A DNA stretch of 64,000 nt from a bacterium (GCA_030430495.1 JAUIKM010000017.1:8121-72120); one strand, 5' to 3'. Positions 1-9,744 are shown, numbered from the stretch's first letter. Made by a program: numbers and translations. Notes: generated by a model from the sequence alone, not told the origin.

Positions 1-1
1 C

Positions 2-3000
2 GAAACAACAATCGCAGTGCCACTGGAAATTACTCGGGACAACACGTCACTCAGCTATGTGGCAGCAATGGACATCGACACCGTGCAAACCTTCAATAAC
101 ATGGCGCTTCCTCAAGACTACAGCGTCGCGGTGCTGGATGCGGACGGACAGATTGTTTACCACTCCGACAATCAAAAAAGCGGAAGTGAACACTTTCAAC
201 AGGAATGCAACTGGGACCGCGACCTGGCGGGCCTGCTGAACGCGCGCACCGCCGAAGTCATCACCATCAAATACCTCGGAAAATTTAAACGGCTGTTCAC
301 AATGCCGATTCAGGGCAGTAACTGGACGGTTGTTGCCTACTACGACGTAGAGTCCTGGATTCACGACCTCAACTTCACGGCTCTGGCGACAGCCACGGTA
401 TTCGGCCTGTTGACTTTTGTTCTGCTTATCGCCGTACTTACCCTTATAGTCACTGTGCCCGGCCTGAGTGCGACAGCCCTGTGGCCGGACCCCAACGGAA
501 CCAGCGTGTACCTCTTCCTGGCCGGGTTAATCGCATTAACATTCCTGTTCCTGCTTTGCTGCCCGTCACTATGGGATGCGGACAACACAATGGTGCTGGC
601 CGTCACTCTGCCGACCTTTGTTTTAGTGTTTGTGTATCTGAGTCTTTATCGACGGCATCACTACCACCGCGCTTTTGGCACTCTGTATTTCATGTTTACG
701 CTCTATTTTCCTGTCATTGTAATACTGCAATCAGGCGGCAGCCTGACACAGGCTCTGCTACTGGTTTTGGGTGCAATGGCGCTTGTGGGGATTTTGCTGC
801 TGAGAAGGTGGCCCGGGTTAGCAACCGTGCTGTCAGAAAAATTGGAAGTCGAGAAGGCGGGCAAGGTCGTCAAGTGGATCGTTGTTAAATTCGCCCTGAA
901 AAACACAAAAGAAGCGGCCGGAGCAATAGCGGGCGACAGCAAGGACGAACGTCAAAGCGGCAGCGGAGACGTACAAAATGGCGACAACGGAAGCAAACAC
1001 CAGAATAGCGGAATCAACATTGGCATTCAGGCCTGGCGCATTTATCTGCCCCTGGCCGGCACCCTCGTGTCAGTCGTCACTCTGTTCTGTTTCATTTATC
1101 TTGTGCTGGTCGCAGAAACCCTGCCGGCTTCAGTCGTTTTGGTCAACCTGATGGTCTGCATCCTGACGCTGACCGCCGGATACTTCATCAGCAGAACAAA
1201 CACCGTCCCAATTGCCGGCGACAGCACGGAAGAAGAAAATCTCGCAGACACGACACCACAAGGTCGGTATTACGCGAGCGATCTGGCCTATGTTAACAAA
1301 CACCGGATTATGATCTTCACAATGGCCTTGTCGATCGGTTTCATTCCGGTGTTGGTCCTTTTTGAATTGTCGCTCGATGCGGCCCTTCACTCCTCGCTGA
1401 TTGAAGGGCAACAGGACCTGGCCGGCAAGGTGTTCGACCTTCATGCCGGGGCGAAAAATTCGACGCCCCATGCCGTCAACGAGAGTTGTTACGAGGGAAC
1501 GACCGACGTGTTTTTCACCACAAAAATGACCTTCTATCCAGCAACAGACCCGACCGGAGCAAGCCTTTACCAAAGTGCTGAGAGTCGGAACGGCAACATC
1601 GCATTTGGACAAATCGTGAGAGACGTTTTCCTCCGTATGGAACTCCAGTCTTCACAGTCCAGGAAAAACGGCTATCTGTTGCAAAACATGGCGCAAGACA
1701 GCTCGAGAGTTGTTCGCTTGACCAATTACTCTCCCAAGGCGCTGTGTACTGTGCACACCGATCCCGGCGGCAATGTGGTTTACAGTGAAAGCAGCATTTT
1801 TAACTTTTCATTGTGCAACTTCGCACACACCGACCTCAAGAGTTGGATCAGACTGGTCGTGGCGATGGCGGGGCTTCTCATTGCGTATGTTATAATCTTC
1901 CATATATCCAGACACTTTTACAGGAGGGTTGTTCTTTGGGAGTTGTTCCCTATCTCACGCAGGGGTATTCCAGCGGAAACACTGTACGACGTCATTCTCC
2001 AATGTATCAAAGCAAGACAGGAGAGCCGGAACAATCACAACAACTGCAAACCGCTGTACATTGTATACCGTCCATTGACGCCTGTAGAAGATTTCAGGGA
2101 ACCGCTGATTAAATGGTTTCAGTCCAAAAGTGTTGAAACCAAAGTGACAATCAAGTCAATTGAAGACATCATCGAGCTGTCCGAGCATCCTGGTATATAT
2201 TCCGTTAAAAAATCGACTTTCCTGGTCGATGCCTTTGACCTCGAGGCGATTGTTACGGAAAAGAACCAGACCTTTCTGATCGCTGTCAACAAACTCCACA
2301 AGCTTTGCAATATTCAGATTGTCATACTGGGGAGCATCACACCGGCAAATGCTTTCCTGCCGGATGACTTCGGTTCGGAAGGCCCTTCCCAGCCAAAGAG
2401 CGACGCGGCCAAGGCGGAAGGCGCGGAGTCCAAAAAGGGACATCCCACCCCGGCAACGCTTGTCAACATTGCCAACAGCTTTGCAGACTGGGACGTGAAG
2501 TATTCGCGCGACAACCCGCTTGAAGCGTCATTTAACCCGGAAAACTCGAACGACATGGTCAGCAGTTTCAGAACCCGAAACTCGGGCAAATACGACACCT
2601 TCAGTCTGGACAAACTGGAAGTGCTGCTGCTGGAAGAATGCCGTTTTGCACCCTGGATGCGCCGCCTTGTCAATTCAATTTTAGCGGAAGCCGACAATCG
2701 CAAGTTGCTGTTCACGCGCGAACTGTTGTTGAATACGATCCTGTTACAGGCAAAACCTTTCCATCTTTCCTGCTGGCATTCGTGTTCCCGCAGCGAAAAA
2801 ATCATTCTGGCAAACCTGGCCAAAGAAGGATTGATTAACGGTAAAGACCCGGTCGACACTTTAAGTTTGTTGAACCGGCGGATAATCTCTTTTGCACCGC
2901 ACCCACAAATATTGAGCCCGAGCTTTGAGCAGTTCCTGCGCGGCAAAGACATTCAGGAGGAAGCGCAAACTCACGAACAGCAGGCCGGAAAAGGTTCCTG

Positions 3001-3178
3001 GGAGGTATTGCGATATCCTATCATTGCAATCATGCTCTTCGCGGCCGGCCTGCTTGTGGTCACACAGCAGGATTTCGTCGATACCACCCTCGCACTGAGC
3101 GCTTCGGCATCCACAATACTGGGTGTGTTTGTCAAGTGGGTCTCCGGCTTCAAAACGCCCAAGCTTCCATTCGCATAG
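2..3178 (+). CDS. Giant polytopic membrane protein, paralog A (5'-partial; the reading frame is open to the window edge). It has a Cache-like periplasmic module, ~10 TM helices, and a large cytoplasmic domain of unknown function with a C-terminal TM anchor
   Basis: No stop upstream of the first in-frame GTG at 17, so the gene continues off-window. Residues 1-130 align with residues ~690-820 of the downstream 1648-aa protein (…RRIFTMP…W T(L/V)(I/V)VY(F/Y)…), and the C-termini share WxSCSRxEK(V/I)(L/I)LANLA(R/K)(D/E)G(I/L)(V/I)NGK. A clustered run of TM helices follows the Cache-like strand motif SNWTVVAYYDVE. Confidence 0.8.
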   Translation, partial: ETTIAVPLEITRDNTSLSYVAAMDIDTVQTFNNMALPQDYSVAVLDADGQIVYHSDNQKSGSEHFQQECNWDRDLAGLLNARTAEVITIKYLGKFKRLFTMPIQGSNWTVVAYYDVESWIHDLNFTALATATVFGLLTFVLLIAVLTLIVTVPGLSATALWPDPNGTSVYLFLAGLIALTFLFLLCCPSLWDADNTMVLAVTLPTFVLVFVYLSLYRRHHYHRAFGTLYFMFTLYFPVIVILQSGGSLTQALLLVLGAMALVGILLLRRWPGLATVLSEKLEVEKAGKVVKWIVVKFALKNTKEAAGAIAGDSKDERQSGSGDVQNGDNGSKHQNSGINIGIQAWRIYLPLAGTLVSVVTLFCFIYLVLVAETLPASVVLVNLMVCILTLTAGYFISRTNTVPIAGDSTEEENLADTTPQGRYYASDLAYVNKHRIMIFTMALSIGFIPVLVLFELSLDAALHSSLIEGQQDLAGKVFDLHAGAKNSTPHAVNESCYEGTTDVFFTTKMTFYPATDPTGASLYQSAESRNGNIAFGQIVRDVFLRMELQSSQSRKNGYLLQNMAQDSSRVVRLTNYSPKALCTVHTDPGGNVVYSESSIFNFSLCNFAHTDLKSWIRLVVAMAGLLIAYVIIFHISRHFYRRVVLWELFPISRRGIPAETLYDVILQCIKARQESRNNHNNCKPLYIVYRPLTPVEDFREPLIKWFQSKSVETKVTIKSIEDIIELSEHPGIYSVKKSTFLVDAFDLEAIVTEKNQTFLIAVNKLHKLCNIQIVILGSITPANAFLPDDFGSEGPSQPKSDAAKAEGAESKKGHPTPATLVNIANSFADWDVKYSRDNPLEASFNPENSNDMVSSFRTRNSGKYDTFSLDKLEVLLLEECRFAPWMRRLVNSILAEADNRKLLFTRELLLNTILLQAKPFHLSCWHSCSRSEKIILANLAKEGLINGKDPVDTLSLLNRRIISFAPHPQILSPSFEQFLRGKDIQEEAQTHEQQAGKGSWEVLRYPIIAIMLFAAGLLVVTQQDFVDTTLALSASASTILGVFVKWVSGFKTPKLPFA

Positions 3179-3323
3179 ATGTCGGCAGCCCGGCGCAAAA
3201 GCTGCGGCCCGTTTCTCGGCAGGCATTGCGGCCGGGTCCATTCGAAGGGTATCTACTCAATACGGGTCAGGTGTTTGCGGTTGGGTGCCGGCGCCTCTGA
3301 AACACCCAGCCTTCCAGGCGTCG

Positions 3324-3358
3324 AAAACGCTGAATTCATCATTCAGCGTTTTTTTGTT
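3324..3358 (+). terminator. Rho-independent terminator candidate downstream of paralog A
   Basis: Perfect 12-bp inverted repeat AAAACGCTGAAT-TCATC-ATTCAGCGTTTT followed by TTTTTGTTT. Lies 145 bp after the stop at 3178. Confidence 0.6.
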
Positions 3359-3418
3359 TATTCGAGAACCGATGTCGCATTCATTTGCTCAGAGATGGAC
3401 TCATCAACTTTTGGCTTC

Positions 3419-3444
3419 TCTCTGCGTGACAAACAAGAGAAAGC
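3419..3444 (-). repeat. Partial copy of the dispersed intergenic repeat (core …CTTTCTCTTGTTTGTCACGCAGAG on the minus strand)
   Basis: Reverse complement matches the CTTTTG(T/C)TTGTCACGCAG core of the copies at 18538-18556 and 11791-11806. Confidence 0.5.
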
Positions 3445-3637
3445 ACCGCAGGAAACAGCACCGGGCTTTCCTGAACGCCGCCGCCCCGCCCCATTGAATT
3501 CCCCCGCCATTTTTTGTAATATGGTCCTTTATCTACTGCGAGCGATATTCCACAGATCAACCATTGCAGAGAGCGCTCCCCCCGCCGCACCCACAATCCC
3601 CGCGGCGGCATTCTTTCACTGACAGGTCATCCCGATC

Positions 3638-6600
3638 ATGCCTACTCCAAATGCCCCGCGCAAAAAACTCCGCGTTCTGTCTTTCCTGATGATCGTCGCC
3701 ATCGCGATGGCCGCGGGCTACTATTTTTCGTTCTATACGCAAAAACGGGAGTACGTCGTCGACAGAAATTTCCGGCGTCTGGGCGTGATTTCCGAGCAGA
3801 TCGAAGCGCGCATGGACGGCGTGCACAACATCCTGGAAAATGCGGTCGAGAACATCGGCATCGATTCCACGCGCCGCGATTCCCTTATTGAGGTAGTAAG
3901 CCGGATAGAAAAAAATATTGAGGAACAGAAAACCGCGATCATTAACAGCCAATCCGACAAGGAAACAGTCAGTCAGGTAATTGAAGAATCGATTAAAAGC
4001 ATCCAGACCGGCCGCGCCAGGAGCGACGCAAAATTCACCGATATCCGGCGGCAGGAAACGAGTCAAAAGATCAGCCGCCAGGCGCTGCAACTAAACCAGG
4101 AGCTGGCGCGCGCACAGGACGCCGCACCTCGGGCGGAAGAAACAGACAACTCCAATGTCAACGCCCGCCAACTGGAAGATCTGCAGAATAAACTCGGCGA
4201 AGCACAGGCCGCCCTGGAATACATTAACTACCGCGAACGCCTGGCCGCAGCCATCGGCATTATTCCCTTTGCCACCCTTGAGTATGCCAATACCGTTTCA
4301 TCTGCCAATCATACACAGGCCGGAGACGGCGCGGCAGATGGAGGTGAAGCGGAACAGAATGAAAAGACTGATATTCTACAGCCGTTCAGCAGCAGCATCG
4401 AAAATGTTGAGTTAATCGGCCAGAAGCTCTACTTGTCCTACCTCAACAATGCCGGCAACGGTTCCGACCTCATCATCAGGGTGCGTATTGATCTGGAAGA
4501 GATGATCGCGCAGCAGATCGGCGATGTGATTTTTGACGACGTCTTTCTGGCAAAGTCCGGCGGCGAAGTGATCTACCAGCACAACAAACACCGCGGCAAC
4601 GTGCGCAGTTTTGACAAGGTGCAGGACTTAAACAACGATGAAACATCGTTTGAATTCGGCCAGCTGATAAAGTCGGGCGGCCTTGTCACGGCACAGCTTT
4701 CCGGGCGCGAAAACGTTCTGTTTGCACGACCCTTGCAGATGGAAATCGGCACGCGCGACAGCACAAATTTCAACTGGGTTCTCGTCGGGGCGGTGCCGTC
4801 GAATACGTTACTGAGCGAGAGCATGGCGCTGCCGACCAACACAATTCTCGTCTTTGTGTTTGTGGCGGCGCTGCTGATTCTGGTCTGGCCCCTGTTAAAC
4901 ATTCTCGGCGCGGGCACGTTCACGCGCCTGCGCAAGTTGGATCTGGCTTTTCTTGGACTTTCCGCGACGCTTGGCTCCGCCCTGATTGCCCTTTTGATTG
5001 TCGATCAGTATCAACTGACCAATCTGCGCAAAACGATGGACAATCAGCTGAAAGCCACGGCCGAAGAAGCGCACAACAACTTCCACACTGAGCTGCATCA
5101 GGCATACAGTCAGTTGCGTTTCCTGGCCGACGCCGTCGCGCCCGCGCTCGACTCAACTTACATCGAATGGGAAGACAACCCCTTGACCATTGTCACGCGA
5201 CGCTCGATCGACGACACACGCACGGTGCGCCTGACACTCGAAGGCCAGCTGCCGCGCACGCACAACATGTTTAACTTTGTGCGCGGCGACACGTCGGACA
5301 CGGCCGCCCCCGGCGGCTGGGACTACGTCAATTTTGACCGCGTCTTTTTTGCCGATCCATCGGGCGACATAAAGGTCAAGCTGGCCGCAGAGTCCGCCGC
5401 AACGCCCTTTCTTAACGTCAGCTCGCGCGACTACTTCCGCGACGTGCAGCAGCGGAACATGCTGGTCCTGCACGAAGGCGACCACGATCACGAGAGCGAC
5501 GACCACGGAGCACAACACGGACACGGCAAGGAGCGGTTGAATAAACACATCGACACGGTTGAGTTCGCGCTGAGTCAACACCACTCCTGGGCCAGCGGCG
5601 CCTACGAAACAACGATGGCAATTCCGGTTAATCCGGATACAACGCGCGAGGCGACCTGGCTGGCCGGCATGGACATCGGCACACTGGCCAGTTTTGACAA
5701 ACCGCTGCTGCCGCCGACGTTTAATTTCGTGCTGGTGGATGAGCATGGCAACGTGATCTATCACACCCGGCCGGAGCGCAGCGGCTTCGAGAATTTCCTG
5801 ACGGAATGCGACGGGAATCAACGTCTGGCGGCAACACTGGCGGGGCGGCGCAGCGATTGGTTAAGCAGCACCTACTGGGGTGAAAACAGGCGCATTTTTA
5901 CCATGCCGCTGCACGACACGCCCTGGACGCTGATAGTGTATTTCAGCGAGGAAGCCGTCCTGGACGGCAGCAATATCGTTATGCTGACGAGCACGCTGGG
6001 ACTGTACGGCGTTAACTTATTGCTGTTGTTGATTCTGGTCGTTCTCGGCTTTTCCAGCAGCAGCGTGCAGCTCGACTGGCTGTGGCCGAGCCTGCTGGAA
6101 TACCGCACCTATCGCAACCTGAGTCTTATTTACCTGGGATTTCTGATTTTCTACGCCGTCACTTTAACGCAGGATGTGCGCTTTGATCACGTGATGGTTG
6201 CGGCGCTGCTGCTGCCCGTGTTTTTTGTCTTCATAACCTACTTTTCGCTTAAACGCCAGGAGAAGTTAAACTTTCGCCTGGCGCTGATTATTCTGCCGTT
6301 TGCGGGATTCTATCCGCTCGCGGCGGCGGTGCAGTTGTACAACAGCCAGTTAATTCACTCGCCTGCCTGGAAATTTGTGCTGCCCCTCTTGTTGGTCAGC
6401 GTGTTGCCGGCGGCAATTGTCGGCTTGCGTAAGCTGATGAACCGCGCGAAGGGCATCAGGCGGGACTGGCGACGCGAGCTGCTGTTTAACGTCGTGACGT
6501 ATCACCTTCTCATTCTTGTTTTGCAGACAAGGTATCAGTTGTGGGACAACAAGATCGAGTTCTTCTATCACCTGATTCTGATTGCGATGACGGCCTACGC

Positions 6601-8584
6601 GCTCTACCTGTTCCAGTCAAAGCGCAATTATCTGGCGCGCGACCAGTATCTGCACGAATTGTACCGCCACCGCTCCGGCCAGGTGGCGGGCGTCCCGACC
6701 GCGCGTTTTTTCCGGCGCACCTATCGGGCATTTCTCATTATCCTGGTGATGACGACCGGCATCCTGCCGGTGATTGCCTATTTCATTCTTGCGAACGAGG
6801 CCACGTTCAATCTCCTGATTAAACACTCGCAGATTACCATGGCGCACCAGGTGCTCGAGCGCGAACACGAAGCCGCCGAGCGCGTAGCGCAGTTAAACAC
6901 CAATGAAGCGGACTACATCTACAACCGTCTGAAGCACGACGAACGAGGCATGTACCACGGCCCCTTCTTTGAATCCGGATTGCTCTGCACGGCCAGGCCA
7001 GTGCCCGCGGGCATCCGCGATACATTCGGCTTCGCCGGTATAATGGACACGGTTGTGATGCACGATCCGGAAAAAGACCCGGTCGGCAGCATTCTGCCGC
7101 GCCTGTTAAGCAGGCTGAGTCTGGCTGCCGAAAACAAGGTTGAACTGCGGCGTTATCTCGGCACCAGAGCGGCCGACAGCATCTGGAATACCGGCAGGTC
7201 GCTGGACGGCAGCAAAGCAGCCATGATTCACAAACGCCTGAACGGACCCGACAATGTCCTGATGCTCAGCTCCGGCGGAGTGCCGCATTTGAGAGCCGAC
7301 GGCTTCCGATTTGAGGAGACATCCATTTTTGTCGGCTTGTTCGTCGCCAGCCTGGCTTGCATTATCCTGTTGTACTGGGCCAGCTACAAGTTTGGCGAGC
7401 AGGTGCTGCTGAGTCGTTTTGCCAATCCGCGCTCCGGCCGCGGCACACACATCGAAATCCCGAAAGACGCGCCGCTGTTTATTATCAGCCGTCCTTTAAT
7501 TGCCGTGGACGAAATTATCGAGAACAGCACGTTCGACACGATTGATCCCGAATGGAAAGACCGTGTGATGTTCCTGGACCGCGCCGAACTGCTCGCTTTG
7601 ACAAACGACAAGATTGAAGCTATGGCGGAGACGGGCGTGCCGCTCTGCACCATCGAAGCATTCGACCTGGATCCGGAGTATTCACAAGCCAACATCCAGT
7701 TTATGCTCCGTGTTAACAAACTCAAGGTCGCGGCGGACTGGCAGGTAATTATTGTCGGCAGCGTCGACCCGACGATCGCCTTTCAGGATCAGTCCGTCAC
7801 GGCGGCCGGTGGCGGCAAAGCGGCGGATGCAGGCGCTGAGGGCGACGACAAAAAAGCTGTGCCTGGAGTCGACTCCAAAGACAACCTGGCGGCAGCGCGC
7901 GCCTACTCCACATGGCAAACCGCGTTTTACCAGGAAATGCACGATTCACAAATGTATCGCGCCGACCTGGAGGTAATAGTCGACGACCACAATCTCGACA
8001 GCGAACATCTGAAACAGTGCATCCGGATTATTGCACATGAGTTTCACATGACGCGCTGGTTGCGCCACCGCGGACGCAATCTGATGCGCCGCATCTGCCG
8101 CGATTACATGGGCTTTGACGAAGCGGCGCTGCGCCGCCAGATCATGCTCGAAGCCGAGCCGCTCTACCAGGCCATCTGGAATTCCTGCTCACGCGGTGAA
8201 AAAGTCCTGCTCGCCAACCTGGCGCGCGACGGCATCGTCAACGGTAAAAATAAACGCGGCGTGTACAGTCTGTTAAACAAACAGCTCATGATGCTTGTGC
8301 CGGACCCCAAACTGATCAACGACAGTTTCCGCGAGTACCTGCAGCGCGACGACATTCAACAGGAAGCCGATGCGCTGACGGAAAAATCCTCGCGTACGTC
8401 GTGGGAAAACCTGCGCACGCCTTTGATCGTTCTGCTCGCCGCCGGCGGCGCATTCCTGATCGTCACACAGCACGAAATCATCGACATGACAACCGCGATA
8501 ATTTCAGCTGTGACGGTGCTCGTGCCCGGCATCATGAAAGCGCTGGACTTTTTCCGCAATGGACGTGTGGCCAGCGGCGGCTGA
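3638..8584 (+). CDS. Giant polytopic membrane protein, paralog B (1648 aa). It has an N-terminal TM, a coiled-coil/Cache-like periplasmic module 1, two TMs, a Cache-like periplasmic module 2, ~8 TM helices, a ~620-aa cytoplasmic module of unknown function and a C-terminal TM
   Basis: ATG start with signal-anchor VLSFLMIVAIAMAAGYYF. Two segments end in the Cache-like strand motif (FNWVLVGAVPSNTLL and TPWTLIVYFSEEAVL), each followed by TM helices. No His-kinase, GGDEF/EAL, MCP or ATPase motifs recognisable. The C-terminal ~120 aa are conserved with paralog A. Confidence 0.85.
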   Translation: MPTPNAPRKKLRVLSFLMIVAIAMAAGYYFSFYTQKREYVVDRNFRRLGVISEQIEARMDGVHNILENAVENIGIDSTRRDSLIEVVSRIEKNIEEQKTAIINSQSDKETVSQVIEESIKSIQTGRARSDAKFTDIRRQETSQKISRQALQLNQELARAQDAAPRAEETDNSNVNARQLEDLQNKLGEAQAALEYINYRERLAAAIGIIPFATLEYANTVSSANHTQAGDGAADGGEAEQNEKTDILQPFSSSIENVELIGQKLYLSYLNNAGNGSDLIIRVRIDLEEMIAQQIGDVIFDDVFLAKSGGEVIYQHNKHRGNVRSFDKVQDLNNDETSFEFGQLIKSGGLVTAQLSGRENVLFARPLQMEIGTRDSTNFNWVLVGAVPSNTLLSESMALPTNTILVFVFVAALLILVWPLLNILGAGTFTRLRKLDLAFLGLSATLGSALIALLIVDQYQLTNLRKTMDNQLKATAEEAHNNFHTELHQAYSQLRFLADAVAPALDSTYIEWEDNPLTIVTRRSIDDTRTVRLTLEGQLPRTHNMFNFVRGDTSDTAAPGGWDYVNFDRVFFADPSGDIKVKLAAESAATPFLNVSSRDYFRDVQQRNMLVLHEGDHDHESDDHGAQHGHGKERLNKHIDTVEFALSQHHSWASGAYETTMAIPVNPDTTREATWLAGMDIGTLASFDKPLLPPTFNFVLVDEHGNVIYHTRPERSGFENFLTECDGNQRLAATLAGRRSDWLSSTYWGENRRIFTMPLHDTPWTLIVYFSEEAVLDGSNIVMLTSTLGLYGVNLLLLLILVVLGFSSSSVQLDWLWPSLLEYRTYRNLSLIYLGFLIFYAVTLTQDVRFDHVMVAALLLPVFFVFITYFSLKRQEKLNFRLALIILPFAGFYPLAAAVQLYNSQLIHSPAWKFVLPLLLVSVLPAAIVGLRKLMNRAKGIRRDWRRELLFNVVTYHLLILVLQTRYQLWDNKIEFFYHLILIAMTAYALYLFQSKRNYLARDQYLHELYRHRSGQVAGVPTARFFRRTYRAFLIILVMTTGILPVIAYFILANEATFNLLIKHSQITMAHQVLEREHEAAERVAQLNTNEADYIYNRLKHDERGMYHGPFFESGLLCTARPVPAGIRDTFGFAGIMDTVVMHDPEKDPVGSILPRLLSRLSLAAENKVELRRYLGTRAADSIWNTGRSLDGSKAAMIHKRLNGPDNVLMLSSGGVPHLRADGFRFEETSIFVGLFVASLACIILLYWASYKFGEQVLLSRFANPRSGRGTHIEIPKDAPLFIISRPLIAVDEIIENSTFDTIDPEWKDRVMFLDRAELLALTNDKIEAMAETGVPLCTIEAFDLDPEYSQANIQFMLRVNKLKVAADWQVIIVGSVDPTIAFQDQSVTAAGGGKAADAGAEGDDKKAVPGVDSKDNLAAARAYSTWQTAFYQEMHDSQMYRADLEVIVDDHNLDSEHLKQCIRIIAHEFHMTRWLRHRGRNLMRRICRDYMGFDEAALRRQIMLEAEPLYQAIWNSCSRGEKVLLANLARDGIVNGKNKRGVYSLLNKQLMMLVPDPKLINDSFREYLQRDDIQQEADALTEKSSRTSWENLRTPLIVLLAAGGAFLIVTQHEIIDMTTAIISAVTVLVPGIMKALDFFRNGRVASGG

Positions 8585-8654
8585 CCGACTTAAACAGCGT
8601 TTCAGGCGGAAATATGACGGACCTGGAACAAAGCGGCGGCTTCCGGCATTCAAC

Positions 8655-8718
8655 ACGCTGACAAACAAGAGGAAAAAGCAAGCCGCCCGCTTTGCAGAAG
8701 CGGAGGCGAAGCGCTCAG
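8655..8718 (-). repeat. Dispersed intergenic repeat, full-length copy (~92% identical to the copy at 52118-52181, opposite orientation). GC hairpin followed by a T-rich tail; terminator-like for the minus-strand arsR operon
   Basis: Reverse complement CTGAGCGCTTCGCCTCCGCTTCTGCAAAGCGGGCGGCTTGCTTTTTCCTCTTGTTTGTCAGCGTG versus 52118 CTGAGCGCTTCGCCTCCGCTTCCTCAAGCGGGCGGCTTGCTTTTTGCTTTTGTTTGTCGGCGCG. Sits immediately downstream, in the minus sense, of the arsR stop at 8843. Confidence 0.75.
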
Positions 8719-8842
8719 GCCTCAGGCGGTAAGTCCGCGGAGAAGGCCGATAAAACGCATTTAAACAACAACCGCCATACGGCGTCCCGTACGGCGGTGC
8801 GGAATGTTAACATCTTGAGAGTTGGATCGGGAGAATGTGCGC

Positions 8843-9187
8843 TCAGTCCCCGTCCGGATTTTCGTCCAGGTAGCGTTCCAGTGCGTCCAGTTTTTCCGTC
8901 CAGAAAACCTGATACTGCTGCACCCAGTCGGCCACCTCCTTTAACTTGTCGAACTGCGCGTGGCAGGTGCGTTCGCGGCCATTCTTGCGAATGTTAATCA
9001 AGCCCGCCTCGGACAGAATTTTAACGTGTTTGGCGACGGCCTGACGGCTGGATTCGAAGTGGTCGGCCAGCGCCAGCATGCTGTGCGAACGGTCCGCCAA
9101 CAGTTTAATAATCCGCCGGCGCGTCGGGTCCGCTATGGCGTCAAACACGTCGCGATGTGGCCCGCTGTACTCACTTGGCTGTACCAT
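8843..9187 (-). CDS. ArsR/SmtB-family HTH transcriptional regulator
   Basis: 114 aa. Winged-HTH core …DPTRRRIIKLLADRSHSMLALADHFESSRQAVAKHVKILSEAGLI… is typical of ArsR. Overlaps the upstream SRPBCC gene by 17 bp (operon). Confidence 0.85.
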   Translation of the reverse strand: MVQPSEYSGPHRDVFDAIADPTRRRIIKLLADRSHSMLALADHFESSRQAVAKHVKILSEAGLINIRKNGRERTCHAQFDKLKEVADWVQQYQVFWTEKLDALERYLDENPDGD

Positions 9188-9638
9188 CGACTTCGTCCAG
9201 ATATGTAACGAGACTTTCGCTGAAGACAGACCAACCGCGATTGATGTCCGCGTACGTGCCTTCCTTCTGCACCGCCGACTCGTCCAGATTGCGGTGAAAA
9301 ATCGTTAACTCCGTCCCGTCCGCGTGATCCGCCAGGCTGAACGTCACTACCGATTCGTCGTTCATCAGGTTTGTCTTAAACGTCCAGGTGATGGACGTGC
9401 CTTCCTCAAATTCGAGCAGGCGACCGCGAATAAAACCGTCGTAACCTTCACCGCAATCGTCCATCGAAGGCTCTTCCTGAAATGTTAACTCCGCGCCGCG
9501 ACGCAGCTCAAAGTTGTTCCGCATGAACCAGCCGGCAATTTCCTCCGAACGAGAAATTGCGCGCCAGACGCGATCGCGTGAGTGTTTATACACCTTTTTG
9601 ATGACGACTTGCTGGGTTGCTTCCTTCACCATAATCAT
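9171..9638 (-). CDS. SRPBCC-superfamily protein (Activator-of-Hsp90-ATPase/AHSA1-like), a frequent operon partner of ArsR
   Basis: 155 aa, soluble, in the classic ArsR+SRPBCC two-gene arrangement. Sequence pattern …WRAISRSEEIAGWF…TWTFK… is consistent with the Aha1/BPI fold. Confidence 0.65.
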   Translation of the reverse strand: MIMVKEATQQVVIKKVYKHSRDRVWRAISRSEEIAGWFMRNNFELRRGAELTFQEEPSMDDCGEGYDGFIRGRLLEFEEGTSITWTFKTNLMNDESVVTFSLADHADGTELTIFHRNLDESAVQKEGTYADINRGWSVFSESLVTYLDEVDGTAK

Positions 9639-9678
9639 GCCTCCATTACAACAGTTGACAATTGCTGAACGGTCGCCT

Positions 9679-9744
9679 TATGCAACCGATTGATTGCACA
9701 AATATAATGGAGTCCGCCTCAATACGCAACCATAAGGTTGCATA
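9679..9744. promoter_or_regulatory. Candidate ArsR-type operator/promoter region upstream of the SRPBCC-arsR operon (minus strand)
   Basis: Two (A)TGCAACC boxes: TTATGCAACCGATTGATTGCACA, and the 9-bp imperfect palindrome TACGCAACC-ATAA-GGTTGCATA at 9723-9744. Both lie in the 116-bp intergenic region directly 5' of the operon start at 9638. Confidence 0.4.
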
